The position numbers and the translations under genes were made by a program. This document shows positions 1 through 12,200 of a stretch of DNA of 64,000 nt, piece after piece. Each line of letters opens with the position of its first letter. The stretch's first letter is position 1. The stretch comes from a virus (lineage: Duplodnaviria > Heunggongvirae > Uroviricota > Caudoviricetes). The notes beneath the pieces are model-generated. The model was not told where the DNA came from and made no database searches. It was given only the letters and a program-made list of their open reading frames with translations. The DNA is taken from IMG/VR virus record IMGVR_UViG_3300023297_000003, one strand, 5' to 3'.

Positions 1-1416
1 GTGGCCTATATCATCTGGAAGTCCCACCGGGCACTGAGACCCGGTCACGCTTTGATCTTCCATGCGGATGACAAGTTCGGGACTACCATACACACCCTCT
101 GCCGTTATATTTTCAACACCCCAGCAGAGCCCATCTACTGGAGAAGAACCTCTAAGGAACGCCCCAACACCCAGTGGCAGGGACGTTGCGTGGACACGTT
201 GACAGTGATCTGGAAGGGGGGAGCCAAACCCTATTGGGAGAGCCATCAGATCCCCCTAAAGTGCCGAAGGCAAACCTACACGGACGCAATTGGAGAGTAC
301 ACACGCTCGGACCTGATCGGAGGACATCCCGCCTATACCTATGAATGGACGGGGTACAAATGCATCAGGGGCATCACCCGGAAAACGATGCAAGAGTACG
401 AGGATCAAGGGCTGTTGGACTACACGGACAGTAAGGCAAAGGACGGAGGGATCTACCGGCGTCCCTGGAAGAAGGTTTACGTGGGCGACGGGGGCATCCT
501 TAAAAATGCATCCCATTTTTGGGATAACCTTTTCCTCACACCCAAAGAAAAAGTGAAAGGCAAATGGGCCAATAGTACACAGAAACCGGAAGCTCTGGTG
601 GAGGCCCTCATTAAAGCCACCACCAAAGAAGGCGATCTGGTTATCGATCCCTTTGGAGGAACAGGAACAACGGCGGTGGCTGCGATGAGAACAAACCGCC
701 GGTTCTGGGTCTCCGATGTGAACATCCACTTCCCGGAGTTTGCATTGGAGCGTCTGACGAAGGCTTTTCCTGAGTCACCTGCGTTAGACAAAATCGAATT
801 GACCGGGTCACCTCGCACCTACGCCGGAGCGCATAAATTGAGCACCAATCCAGCCTTCAACAGCAAGGTGCTCAAAGGGTTGAAGGGACATAAAAAACTG
901 GAACAAGTGTGGGTGGCTTTATTGGAGGCGGAGGGATCAGACTCCCTTGGTGCTGATGGGGGTAAAGACGGAAGGTTGTACAGGGAGGACGGGACTTTAC
1001 TGGCCTGGGTGGACATCACGGCACAGACCGGGTCACTTCAGAATAAGATTGGGAAGGCTCGTGCCAAGTTAGAGGACGGTTTGATCCGTGGTGTGCGTTC
1101 TCGTCCACCCTATTTCGTAACCTACAGCCTGTATCCCATGAATGATTCAGATGCACGGTATCTGAAGGAAACCAACGACGCTCTTCCGGTTTCTCCTAAT
1201 CCGAGGTGTCCCCGGATCCAGGTTTTGTCCTGGGACGACTATGAGAGGGGGAAGAAGCCTTTGTTACCCCTCTACCGCCCTCGGGAAGAGTATGTTCCAC
1301 TCCCGGATCCAATTTACATTTTACGCAAGAAGGATAACGACAGGGTTTGGGACCAACAAACGTTCCAAGATCTGTGGGGTGATGATGAGGGATCATCTGA
1401 GCCGACCCCTGAGTAG
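1..1416 (+). CDS. Beta-class N4/N6 DNA methyltransferase (5' truncated by window) with C-terminal Mrr-like extension
   Basis: TQKPEALVEALIKATTKEGDLVIDPFGGTGTT (SAM-binding motif after the TRD); C-terminal PRIQVLSW..PLLP tail of the kind seen in MTase-Mrr_cat fusions. Confidence 0.85.
   Translation: MAYIIWKSHRALRPGHALIFHADDKFGTTIHTLCRYIFNTPAEPIYWRRTSKERPNTQWQGRCVDTLTVIWKGGAKPYWESHQIPLKCRRQTYTDAIGEYTRSDLIGGHPAYTYEWTGYKCIRGITRKTMQEYEDQGLLDYTDSKAKDGGIYRRPWKKVYVGDGGILKNASHFWDNLFLTPKEKVKGKWANSTQKPEALVEALIKATTKEGDLVIDPFGGTGTTAVAAMRTNRRFWVSDVNIHFPEFALERLTKAFPESPALDKIELTGSPRTYAGAHKLSTNPAFNSKVLKGLKGHKKLEQVWVALLEAEGSDSLGADGGKDGRLYREDGTLLAWVDITAQTGSLQNKIGKARAKLEDGLIRGVRSRPPYFVTYSLYPMNDSDARYLKETNDALPVSPNPRCPRIQVLSWDDYERGKKPLLPLYRPREEYVPLPDPIYILRKKDNDRVWDQQTFQDLWGDDEGSSEPTPE
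1389..1416 (+). promoter_or_regulatory. Phage promoter-like motif GGGATCATCT-N12-GAGTAG
   Basis: Exact motif followed by GGAGG and ATG at 1439; its TAG is also the stop codon of the MTase. Confidence 0.75.
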
Positions 1417-1438
1417 ACAGGGTAGGAGGCATAACAAA

Positions 1439-2578
1439 ATGAAACATCCCCTTCGTACCCTTGGTATCCTGGCGGCGTTCGCCTTTGTCGCTCTACTGTT
1501 CGTCCTGTCCGACGTCCCGACCGTTTACAAGGACACCGCCACGAAGGAAGTGGTCGGCTGTTCCCGTGACGGGATCAAGATGTCCGCCGATGACGAAATC
1601 TGCAAAGTCATCGTGAAGGAACGCAACGAGGTCATGTGGGTCCAGCCCGGTTGGGAGGTAGAGTGATGAATGCCTATGTCGTTGTTGGCATTGCCTTCCT
1701 GATCCTTGGCCTGTTCGAGGTTGTCCGCTACCAGCGCAAAGTAAAAGCGTTGACACGCTCTGTGCTTTCGGGGTCTCGTCCCAAGTTGCCTGATCGTTAC
1801 CATCTTCGTCCCGTGTCCTTCGAGGGTACTTCGGAAACGGGAGCTTGGCAGGAGGACACTCAGGAAGCATACATTGTGCTGGAAGGACACAGGCACGTGG
1901 GGATGATCTGCAACGTAGGGAAGCACTGGACTTGCGGGCTCAATACGGTTAGAGAGTTCGAAGGCTACAATACGGGTGCGGACGCTGTGGCTGCTTGTGA
2001 GATCCGTTATCACAGGACTATAAACACATGACGGGCTTCCCTAAACATACGATTTCCATCGGGGACTTCATCCCTCGTTCCGTCAGTCAGTTCGCTCCTG
2101 GCTATGGCCATCCCAAATGGGAACCCCTCGATGAGTCCAGATTGGTTCAGGAGAGATACCACCAGGAGGACCGCCAGACTCGGAAAGGGTTCGTGGTGTT
2201 CCGGGCGATTACAGGCATCCCCATCTACGTCAAAGACGCCAACAAACTCCTTTGCCGCCTCTGTGAGGGTGGGGCCGTGACCCTTTCGCTGGACGGCCAG
2301 GACGTTTCCGTGAGGGCCGGGGCCATACAGCCAAAAGGAAGCTGCTAATGGCAACGGTCAAAGAAATGCTGGTACTTTTGGGGCGGTTTCCGTTAGAACC
2401 TTTGCAAGAGAAACGCATACGAGGATGGCTGGACAAAACGATAGACCCACCGTTCTTGGGGGCTGTCCCAAACACGCTACTAGCTGACATCCTGTTAACG
2501 ATGGCGTTGGACATAGAGTGGGACGACCGACGAGGCATTATCCTGTATGAAGCGGGTGAACGGTTAAGGGAAGCGTGA
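1439..2578 (+). other. Four small hypothetical ORFs (1439-1666, 1666-2031, 2028-2348, 2348-2578); the first two have N-terminal TM helices
   Basis: Overlapping stop/start codons, RBS, hydrophobic N-termini. Confidence 0.7.
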
Positions 2579-2616
2579 TGTGCAACACAACGGAAACCCC
2601 TCTTTAGGAGGTAACT

Positions 2617-3330
2617 TTGCTGATCCGAATCACCAACTGCTGCACGATGGGCTGCACCCACTGCCTGATTGAGGCCAGCCACAACGGGGCGCACATGGCC
2701 TTCAACACGTACCTAATGGCCCTGAACTTCCTTCGCAGTCTGGACGCCCCCGTGGTGTTCCTGAGCGGCGGGGAGCCCACGGAGAACCCCAATCTGTTGA
2801 CCTTCCTGAGTGTCGCCAACACGATGGGGCTGAAGGTGCTTCTGATGTCCAACGGACTCTTCTTGGCCAATGAGGAACTACGGGAGCAGGTGCTTCCCCA
2901 GGTGTGGGGTGTCCAGGTCACCAACGATCCCCGATTCTACCCCGACACGATCAAGGTGTTCCCCCACCCCAAGGTCAAATACGAAAACCAGATCCGACAG
3001 GTTGCCCCCTTCGGGCGGGCTTTGACCAATAAGCTCCTGTGCAACCGGCTCACCCCTTACTGCTTCAACCTTCGAAGCTGTGCCCGATCTTTCGGGAACG
3101 TGGGGCAGGCGCTGGCATACCTCTGGGGTCTGGGGAAGTTCTGTACGCCCTCTATCAATCCGGACGGCACCGTGGTCGCCGGGGAAGCATCCTCGTGCCA
3201 CCCTATCGGGACCGTGTGGGACAGCCCCGAGACCGTGACCCGCAACCTCTGCGACATGAGATGCAACCGCTGCGGGCTGGTACTCAACCTGGACAAGCTC
3301 CAGCAGGAGGCCATCGGTGAAGCCCCTTGA
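2617..3330 (+). CDS. Radical SAM protein (TTG start)
   Basis: CTMGCTHC (CxxxCxxC), LSGGEPT, MSNG, Cys-rich C-terminus; AGGAGG upstream. Confidence 0.9.
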   Translation: MLIRITNCCTMGCTHCLIEASHNGAHMAFNTYLMALNFLRSLDAPVVFLSGGEPTENPNLLTFLSVANTMGLKVLLMSNGLFLANEELREQVLPQVWGVQVTNDPRFYPDTIKVFPHPKVKYENQIRQVAPFGRALTNKLLCNRLTPYCFNLRSCARSFGNVGQALAYLWGLGKFCTPSINPDGTVVAGEASSCHPIGTVWDSPETVTRNLCDMRCNRCGLVLNLDKLQQEAIGEAP

Positions 3331-3374
3331 AATGGATAATAGCCAAGGTCGGAACCCACTCCACGCAGCGTGTT

Positions 3375-3402
3375 TTGATCATCAAAGGCAGGCTTCGAGT
3401 AG
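3375..3402 (+). promoter_or_regulatory. Promoter-like motif variant TTGATCATCA-N12-GAGTAG
   Basis: GATCATC core and exact 12-nt spacer; about 100 nt upstream of the next ORF. Confidence 0.5.
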
Positions 3403-3503
3403 ATGAGGTGATACGCTTCTCTGAAACGGGAAAGGTCAGGGACGCTCAAAGAGGATTGGTGCGGCGGATCACCGTCACACACGTCTTCATCGAGAGGTTT
3501 TAG

Positions 3504-5833
3504 ATGGGTCTTCACATTGGGTTCAGTAACAGCATGAGTTCCTTTGACAAACCCCGTGGCGGCTGTTGCCCCCAACCCTCAACCCCTGCGCCTCCTCTCC
3601 CCAACCCTGACCCGTCCCGCTACAAAGTCCTGCGTTGGGATGAAGACCACCCAGGGGCGTTGATCATCGAGATCGAGTACCTGGACTGCACCAACTACGA
3701 GGGCCGCAAGGTGCTCCTGTTCCTGAACGTGACCCTGGCACAGTTGCTCCGACAGGGGAAGATCGACCCTCACTTCTCGGAAAACACGGAACACTTCTCC
3801 CCCACGGCTCGATTTGAACCCACCGAGGTGGGCTGGAATATGGCCCGGTGGCTGGCGGCAAAGATCGGGGAGATCTGATGGGTATCCGGGTCCACAAAAC
3901 TGTCGGCTACGGGATCACCAACCTGAAGATCGATTCCCCCGACACCCTCAATCCAACGATGTTGGACCCCCGGCTAGACTGGGAGAAGCTCGCCGCTACC
4001 GCCGAGGAGCGGTGTGCCACGAGCCTTCAGGATTTCATGTCCTGGATGCAACGGAACAAGGCTGACATCATCGAGCTTCACCGCAGGGAGGATCCCCGTG
4101 CGATCTCGGGGCACAGCTTCCAGTGGGACATCCAGATGATTGAACAGATGCTGGAGCGTGATCCCCAGCGGATGTTCGGGGTGGCACCGGAACAGTGTTT
4201 CATCCATGAAACGGAGGGTGGCGATCCCCAGGTGCTGATGTTCGTCCCACCTGAGTGCTCCACCCAGTGGCACCGCAGGGACAACACCCTGGATTGGGTC
4301 GAGGAGTCCCAGTGGCACGGACAACAGACGAGGGTGCGTCGCCTCAGGCAATCCGGCATCTATCCCTACAACGGCTTCCGCATCCGGTTCCGCAAACCAG
4401 CACGGAGTTTCAGGTTGGATCCCACCGCCCCCGTGCCCTCGCCGGATGAATTGGGGAACATCGTGGACGAGTTGGGGCCGGTGAAGCTCTGTGACTCGAC
4501 CTACTCCTACCTTACAGGGGTCCGGAGGGGTCCAAGGGTACGAGGGGACGACCTATACGGACCTATGGCCACAGGAGCCCTCCTACGGCACCTGAAGCGG
4601 GACTTCCGCCCACCCCTGCCAATGACCGTGGTGGCCCTGGTCTTGTGGTTGGACTGTGTGATCGACCCTGCGGCTTTCCTCGATCAGTTGAGGCCGCTGC
4701 TCTATGCCTACTGGTGCTGAGGAGGGGGATATGAACATCTACGCCAAGAGAGGCAACAGCGGGGGCATCCCGGAGAAGCTCAAAGTCTTCGCCAGGGAAC
4801 CTATCGAGCAGCAGATGTACGTGGGGATGGTGCATGCCACCCCCGTCATGGTCGTTGACGCCAAGTCCAAAAAGGACACCACCGCTCGTTACTGGACGTT
4901 GGGTAACGTCGGTGGTGTGGTGGACAGGGCCGACGACGCCACCTTCGACCTGCGGGACAATGACCCGATCCCCTACCTGAAGCTCGTGGGGCTTGACCTC
5001 CGGGCGGAAGGTGGACGTGCCTGGAAGGTAATGACCCCCGAAAACCACCTTGTGGATCTGCGGGAGGATGTGATCCTCTACATCATCTTCACCCAGGGGA
5101 TTCCCCCGGACGGGATCCTGGAGGGACCGTTCAGGTGGGTGAAGCTCGGATCTTCGATGCGACTGGCCCCGATGAACTCTCTCCTCTACAAGGATCTGGA
5201 GAAAGTAGAGGCGCAACGGCGGCTCCCCCGTGGTGGGAAGCTACGGGTCAAGGATCTCGTCGTGGGTGGCATCTATAAAGGGTTGCAGGCCCACAAGCAA
5301 GCCGTCTTCCTGGGGCAGGTGCGCCACAAAGGAAAGGTGCTCTTTGCTTGGGAAGAACTACCGTATGGGGGACATCAGACACCCGAGGTGCTCTATAACG
5401 AGCTGGTAGAGATACGACAGGCGCACGTTCCTAACTATTTTGCCGTCACCTGTACGGGATCGTGTTCCTACACAATCAAGGTCGGACAGGTGACCCCGGA
5501 ACCAGTACCCGCAAATGTCCGCTTCAGAGATGGTTATCATGGGGCGCTACCTGGCCAAGTTCTGTGGCTCTTCTAATGAACGTCACATCAATCAGGCCAG
5601 ATTTACCTGTACTGACAAATCCCGACCTCACCTGTGATATTGTGGCTGTCAAAGCCAGTCTCGCCAAACGCCGGGCAACACACGGGGTCGTCTTGAAACC
5701 AGTAGAGGGACACCCTGACACTTGGTGGGTGAGCCACACGGATGATGACTCCCAGGCCCCCTACAGGTTTTGGGAACTGACCGAGGACGACAATCCTCCT
5801 GAGCCGGTGCGCTTTTCTATCCCATCCGAGTAG
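3504..5833 (+). other. Hypothetical ORFs 3504-3878, 3878-4720, 4731-5576, 5576-5833
   Basis: Coupled stop/start overlaps and RBSs; no family recognised. Confidence 0.7.
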
Positions 5834-5853
5834 AACAGTGACAGGAGGTGTCC

Positions 5854-6453
5854 GTGGGGACCGTCAAGGAAACACTGCTCCAGTATCTGAGGGAGACCGT
5901 CCGTTTCAAGAAGAGGCTCGGACTCGTCTTCCCGGAGGGCTACAACTACCAAGGTGGCGAGGATTATGTCCTGGACAGGGGTTCACCCTTTTCCTCTGGT
6001 CCTTTGACCCCGCAGGAAAGGACCACAGTCCTGCAAGCTCTTACCCTGTGCCCCGAGAAACACTTCAGATTGGGGCATTGCTATTACAACGCCCAACTCT
6101 TGGTGGCTTTCGATACATCACGGGAACTAATTTACTGCGAGGGGTGGGCCATCGGGTTGAACAGCGTCCCCACCCTCCACGGGTGGGCCTCCATCAACGG
6201 CAAAGTGGTCGACCTGACCTGGAAAACTGAGAAACCCAGGCACAGGGGAAGGTTACGAAATCGGATCTGGGGTACCATCCCCGAAGACTGGGCCTACTAT
6301 GGGGCCACCTTTGATACGGACTCCCTCCTTGCCCGGATGCACCGTATTGGGGCGACGGGGTCGTTCCTGGATGACGTGGCCTATGGCTTTCCCCTGTTTA
6401 GAGAACCACGGCTCCGTACTATTTTGGAATTGACTACCGGAGGTGATCCCTGA
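5854..6453 (+). CDS. Hypothetical protein with possible Cys-His-Asp (papain/transglutaminase-like) triad
   Basis: GHCYYNA ... LHGWAS ... VVDLTW order of residues; AGGAGG upstream of GTG. Confidence 0.45.
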   Translation: MGTVKETLLQYLRETVRFKKRLGLVFPEGYNYQGGEDYVLDRGSPFSSGPLTPQERTTVLQALTLCPEKHFRLGHCYYNAQLLVAFDTSRELIYCEGWAIGLNSVPTLHGWASINGKVVDLTWKTEKPRHRGRLRNRIWGTIPEDWAYYGATFDTDSLLARMHRIGATGSFLDDVAYGFPLFREPRLRTILELTTGGDP

Positions 6454-6467
6454 TCAAACAAGCACCG

Positions 6468-7151
6468 ATGTGGAGTGGATTGGAGAGGGCGTATAGCAGA
6501 CTGGGTCTGCGTCCCTTGGATGAGTTCATGCAGGATGCTTTCCTGATGAACGTCTCTCGTCATAGTAGTGGCGGGTTGCTTTCCACAAAACCCCAAGTTC
6601 CTACCGACGATTGTTTCCGTCAGCTTGGGGCCAGCACCTGGATGTGTGTCCGAGCGTGCATGGACCTTAGGCAAAGTCAAAGTTGCTTCCTTATCGCTGA
6701 CTGCCAGGACGACCGAGACGAGCTGTTCATCCAGGCACGGGCGATCATGCAGACCCTTAATCGCCCCATGGGAGGGGACGGTGGTGTGGTTCCCCCCTCC
6801 AGGAACAGAATCCGATTTGGGTCTGCCCTTCTCTCCGTTACCCACCAAGCGGATCCGGGCACCCCACCTGATAGGATTTACGTGGACACAGAGTGGGCAG
6901 AACGTGCTCGGCGTCGGGTACTCGGACCTTATGAGATGGTTCGAGAGGTGCGTTGGGAGAACGACACGTTACGAGCCTACGCTGAGGAGGACGAGTACCT
7001 GTTCGATCTGGACGAATCCTCCGCCAACGAGTTGCTGGCCCAGAGCCCCCTCGTGGATGTAGTGGGCCTCCCCCTTCAGGACAACAGAATTATGCTCCCA
7101 GGGAGACCCGCCGTCGTCACACCGACGTTTCAGCCCGATGTCACCCCCTGA
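6468..7151 (+). CDS. Hypothetical protein (start uncertain)
   Basis: Long ORF co-oriented with its neighbours. Confidence 0.55.
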   Translation: MWSGLERAYSRLGLRPLDEFMQDAFLMNVSRHSSGGLLSTKPQVPTDDCFRQLGASTWMCVRACMDLRQSQSCFLIADCQDDRDELFIQARAIMQTLNRPMGGDGGVVPPSRNRIRFGSALLSVTHQADPGTPPDRIYVDTEWAERARRRVLGPYEMVREVRWENDTLRAYAEEDEYLFDLDESSANELLAQSPLVDVVGLPLQDNRIMLPGRPAVVTPTFQPDVTP

Positions 7152-7295
7152 ATCTTAGAGGCCCCATCACAATGGGAGAGAACACAATGGCCATAAAAAC
7201 CAAGGACTGGTCTGTCCCCGCTGTTACTGCAAGGGCACGAATGAAGGTCGCCTTTGAACCCTTCCCAAATGGATGATAAATCGCCCCAAGGAGAA

Positions 7296-7928
7296 ATGAT
7301 GTCGAAAGAGACCCTGAAACACATCCAGAAAGCCCTGGTGAACTGCCCCCGATGCAGGCTCCAAAAAGATCGACATAATGTCGTCTTCGGAGCCGGTGAC
7401 CCCAACGCCCGCATCATGATCGTAGGAGAGGCACCCGGTCAACACGAGGATGAGCAGGGAGTGCCCTTTGTGGGCCGTGCGGGGGGCATCCTGGACGTTC
7501 TCCTGACAAGGGCGGGGGTGACACGGGATGAGTGTTACATCGCCAACGTGCTCAAATGTCGGCCTCCGGGGAACCGTGACCCCCAGCCTGACGAGGTTGC
7601 TGTTTGCTACCCCTTCCTCCAACGTCAGATCGCCGCCATCGGTCCGAGAGTCCTGATCACGTTGGGAAGGCATGCCACCAGTAAATTGTCCCAGCAGTGG
7701 GGTGCGATGGGTTCGCTGCTCAAGGTAACGGATCTGATCTATGAGGCTGGTGGGATCCCTATCGTGCCGATTTACCATCCGGCGTACCTTCTCAGGGCCG
7801 CTTCAGGACCGTCTGACAAAGCGAAGGCTCTCATCCAGGACACTATTGACCGCATCAGGCGTGCCGTGGAACTCTCCGCCATATTCATAGGTGCTGAGAA
7901 CTCCTCTGGGTGGTATAGCTTACCTTGA
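7296..7928 (+). CDS. udg: Uracil-DNA glycosylase family 4 (Fe-S type); last codons supplied by the IS left end
   Basis: CPRC, GEAPG..ED..G.PFVGRAG, NVLKCRPPGNR.P, YHPAY. Confidence 0.95.
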   Translation: MMSKETLKHIQKALVNCPRCRLQKDRHNVVFGAGDPNARIMIVGEAPGQHEDEQGVPFVGRAGGILDVLLTRAGVTRDECYIANVLKCRPPGNRDPQPDEVAVCYPFLQRQIAAIGPRVLITLGRHATSKLSQQWGAMGSLLKVTDLIYEAGGIPIVPIYHPAYLLRAASGPSDKAKALIQDTIDRIRRAVELSAIFIGAENSSGWYSLP

Positions 7929-9274
7929 TAAGAAGGCTTGTGTTTTTTGTTTTTCTTTAGTAAACTGCAACCATGGGATTGAGAACTTAAGGTGGCTAAA
8001 TGATTCGGTCTTCTGCCCATAGTTTGCGGTTTGCAAACCCAGGTAAGGTGAGATTGGTAGGCGAACTTATCGGAGAGTACCGCCTTTTTGTCCAATGCAT
8101 CATAAACGACATATGGGAGAAGGGGTTTCCAGCGTGGAACATTTTCCCAAGCTCAAACAGACTGGACTTCAAGGGCAAGAATCATTTACCCACAAAATAT
8201 CTCAAGCAGTTCCCAACGTGGATGTCAGCAAGGCTTCAGCAAGCTGCTGGAAAACAAGCCATTATGATGCTCAAGGCAGCCACAGAGAAACGACGGAAAC
8301 AACTTTTCGTGTTGGCCAACCTTCAGCGAGAAGGTGGCAAGTACAAACGACTTCAGTCAAAGGTTGACCGGCAACCTCTTGTTAAGCCAGATGCTTCAGG
8401 AATCAATCTGGAACTAGACTCTCGCTTTGTGAGTTTCCAAGAGACAGACATCTTTTGTTTGTCCAACTCTCATCCCTTGGTATTCCACACATTAGAGTCC
8501 CCATCAAAAGAACTCGATGCTCCAACAAGTGGCAGACTAAAGGAATCCTGAAAGTGTGTGTTAGGATCTCTGAAGACACACTACATCTAATTTACGAAGT
8601 ACCAAACAAAAACGTTTCAGGAAGTCAGATAGTTGGGGCAGACCAGGGATTAGTTACTGCGTTGACTCTTTCAAATGGTGCAACGACACTGTCGTGTCCC
8701 CATGGGCATAACCTCCAAACGATCCAAGCAAAACTTGCTCGTAAGCAAAAGGGATCGAATGGCTTTCGTCGTACCCAAGAGCATCGCAAGAACTACATCC
8801 ATTGGTCCTTGAATCAACTTAACTTCAAGGACGTGAAAGAAGTTCGTTTTGAGAAGATCAAGCATCTCCGTAGGGGTGAACGGAGTTCACGTTATATGTC
8901 ACACTGGCGTTACACTTTGATCAAAGACAAACTTGTTCGTCTCTCTGAGGAGGAAGGTTTCCTTTTTCGGGAGGTAGCGAATGAGTTTAGGTCTCAGAGG
9001 TGTAGCCAATGTGGCTGGGTCCGTAAGAGTAACAGGAAAGGTAAGACGTTCAGATGCGGCAAATGTGGTTTTATCACCGATGCTGACTTGAATGCGGCTT
9101 CCAACTTGAAACTCGATCTCTTTGAGATCCAATGGTGGGTGCGGCTAAGTCAAATAAATCGTAAAGGGTTCTTCTGGACTTCTGATGGTTTGTTTGATGA
9201 AGGGCGGGAGCCTATAGTCCCCGTTACCATAAAAGACAATGAAAGCAAGAAATTGCTACAGCATTGTTGACTAT
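7917..9274 (+). mobile_element. Non-autonomous tnpB-only IS200/IS605/IS607-superfamily element, copy 1 (1358 bp)
   Basis: Near-identical to 46514-47872 in inverted orientation; shared ends AGCTTACCTTGATAAG ... CATTGTTGACTAT. Confidence 0.9.
8000..9270 (+). pseudogene. tnpB: TnpB split by a 1-nt deletion (T4 at 8453-8456 versus T5 in copy 2)
   Basis: ORFs 8000-8551 and 8455-9270 together match the intact 423-aa copy; GADQG, RFEKI, zinc finger and DADLNAA are retained. Confidence 0.9.
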
Positions 9275-9299
9275 AGTTCCTCTACCAAAGGTAAGGGAC

Positions 9300-12200
9300 A
9301 TGAAAGCCGCTTTCCTAGTCGCTACACATCACAGGCCGCAGCTTCTCCGAGCGTGCCTGGACTCTCTCCAGCAACAGCAGGGCATTCCTGACGGTTGGGA
9401 TGTTGAGATCTTGGTGGCGGGAGAGGCTGAGGACCCTGGCAAAGAGGTGGCCGCTGAAGCAGATGTTCCCTATCAGGTTGTTGCCGATCCCAAGGTCACG
9501 GTGAAGCTGAACGCCTTGGTGGCCAGGACCGACGCTGAACTGGTGATGCTGGCGGATGATGATGACCTTCAACCTCCGAACAGGGCTGCGGCTTCTATCC
9601 AAGCCTTCTTGGAGGGTTATGAATGGTCGGGCACTCGAAACTGTTACTTCTATGACATGATCCACGATTGTGTAACCTTCTGGAAGGGGGACAAGGATGG
9701 CTTGGTGGGCACCTCTATGTCCTACACCACGAAGCTCCTGAGGGAAATCCGAGGGTGGCCCCCAATCCCGAATGGCAAGGATGCCAAGGCTGCATATAGA
9801 ATCCGCAGGCTCCCCCGGAAACCAGCGCACAAGGATATCACTTCGTTGCTCGAAGGGATGCCCGTATGCCTTCAGCATGGGGAAAACATCTGGGACCGGC
9901 CTGTGCTGGAGTCAGAACGCTCAATGGTCCGGGGTCGCTTTATAGTGACAGGTAAAGGAAACAGAGCAACATGGGCGGAGTCTGAAGCTAAGGAACTCCT
10001 TCGCCGGGGGCTAGGTGTTTTGGACGGCACGTGGGTAGCTCCAAACCCCCCTAAAGAAGCACCCAAAAAGATTTCGGCTACTCCCCAAGTGATCACACCC
10101 AGACCACCCCCCATCCTCGTACCCCAAGGCAACGTCCCGCTCACATGTGTCCCCGGAGGGGCCGGACAACAAGCCTTCACTGACGGTCTTTTGAGCATCG
10201 GGTTCAAAGCAGTCTCTCGTGCAGAAGCGGATGAGGCACTCCGTTCGGGTCAACCCGTTTTGTTCCATGGCTGGTGGACAGGAGCACGAAAACTCTGTGC
10301 CTACTACCCCAAACTTGCACACATTCTGTGGCACAGTGGCTTTGCTGGCTCTGATCTGATGGGTGAGGGAGGAACATTAAGCGAAGCTCTACGGATGTCA
10401 GCCAGTGGACAGGGCCGGTTCCTGTGGCTTGAAACCCGAGATGTTCTTCCTGTAGGAGCTACCCGAATGGTCCCCGTATGGGACTCCCAACGACTTCAGT
10501 CATTAGGGAGGGCACCAAAAAAGCCAGGCTCTGTGATGGTGGGGTTTTGCGGACATTACCCTTCGAATGCTAAAAATATTTTGGCATGCGTTGCAGGAGC
10601 AACCCAGACCAGTGGACACTTACACCTGTCAACGTCATCAACATTAGAACTGCGGGGGGCTGCCGTTCAGGCTCTTCTCGTTGCCGCTCAGAGTTGGAAA
10701 ACATACGGTGTACTTTCCCGTGGAGCAGCCGTCAAACTCGTGTCCTCTATGGACGTGATGATCCACACGAGCCTGTCGGACACCTGGCCTTACCTCGTGA
10801 TGGAGGCCATCTACGCAGGCACCCCCGTAGTTTTGTGTGATACTATTCGTTGGGTCAAGGATCTGCCAAAATGGGCACAGGAACTATGTTGTGTCCGACC
10901 AGCCATTGCTAGTGATGAAATCCGAAGGCTTACCCAGCATCTTCTTGATCATCCGGCGGACAGGATTAAACTGCTTCATGCCCAAAGGGAACTGCTTGAC
11001 AGGTTGTCCCTCCAGTACAAGGCGGAGGCTACTGACATTCTGCAAGGGTTAGGCTTCCCCATGATGCCACAGGAACCCGTCCCAGCGGCGGTCACAGCCC
11101 CAGCTTTGTCGCTTTCCACTCCTGCCCTGGTAAACCCTCCCGTACACCCTATTAGGGTAAATCCTCCTGCACACCCGGCAAAGGAATCAGAAATGGCAAA
11201 TGGCAAACAGGATCTGCAAAACTTTGTGACCGTATTTGTTATCTCTAGCGGAGAACCATCAACACCGACCTGTCACAAACACTTAGACAACCAGGATTCC
11301 CTATTTCTTCGGGAGGATATTCGTAATGTAGCCCCTATGTGGCGGGCCTTCCAGCAGATGATGGATCGTTGTCAGACACCCTATTACGTTCAGATCGATG
11401 CTGATATGCTATTAGATCCCTCTGCTATCAGACGCCTTTATGAAAAGATCACGACAACGAAAGCTGCTCAGTATGTTGGGTGGTTGTGGGACGATGACGT
11501 TCACCGACCCATTCAGGGTGTCAAAATATACAATCACGCTATCTGTAAACAGTACCCGTACAAAGAAGCCCTCTCCTGTGAGATGGGCCAGAATGAGCTA
11601 CTGCGTACAAACGGCCACGAGATCGTGGCCGACAACTCCCCTGGTAGAGTCCGCAAAGAAACTAATGGGGTGTGGACCGAGGAATACACCCGGACTGCCG
11701 AGATCTTTGGAACGCATCTCGCATCCCAGACACCCGAGATGGCTTTCGTCCGTTGGAAGCGACTGATGCAGAAACATCGGAAGTTATCCTGGATGGGTTG
11801 GTTGTCAAAGTACCCTCAGATGTTGATGCAGGAGTGGTTGGCTGAACCAGGCAACGAAATTCGCCAGGCCAAGTTTTTGGGTGCTACCGTGGGGCTGACT
11901 GGGGAACAACCGGAGGACAAGGAGATGGACTTCCGGGCTGCAGATCAGGACTACCGTCGCCTTGCTTCCTACGTAGGGGAGTTCAGCCATGGACCCCGTG
12001 AGATGACCCTTTACCTCACAGACAAGTGCAATTTCAAATGTGTGTTCGGTACAACCCCCTGCAAACGACAAACTCCCGAAGGCGTGCCTCAACAAGGGGA
12101 TATCACCCCCGCAACCCTGACGACAGCTTTGAACAGGTATCCCACCATCCGGGGCTGCTGTATCGCTGGTTTCGGGGAACCGCTGCTGCATCCACAGTTG

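Noticed and set aside
5828-5833. GAGTAG boxes at 5828 (+) and 58477 (-) as motif copies
   Set aside because: They are well placed before RBSs but lack GATC at the fixed distance; not counted, though they could be a variant class.
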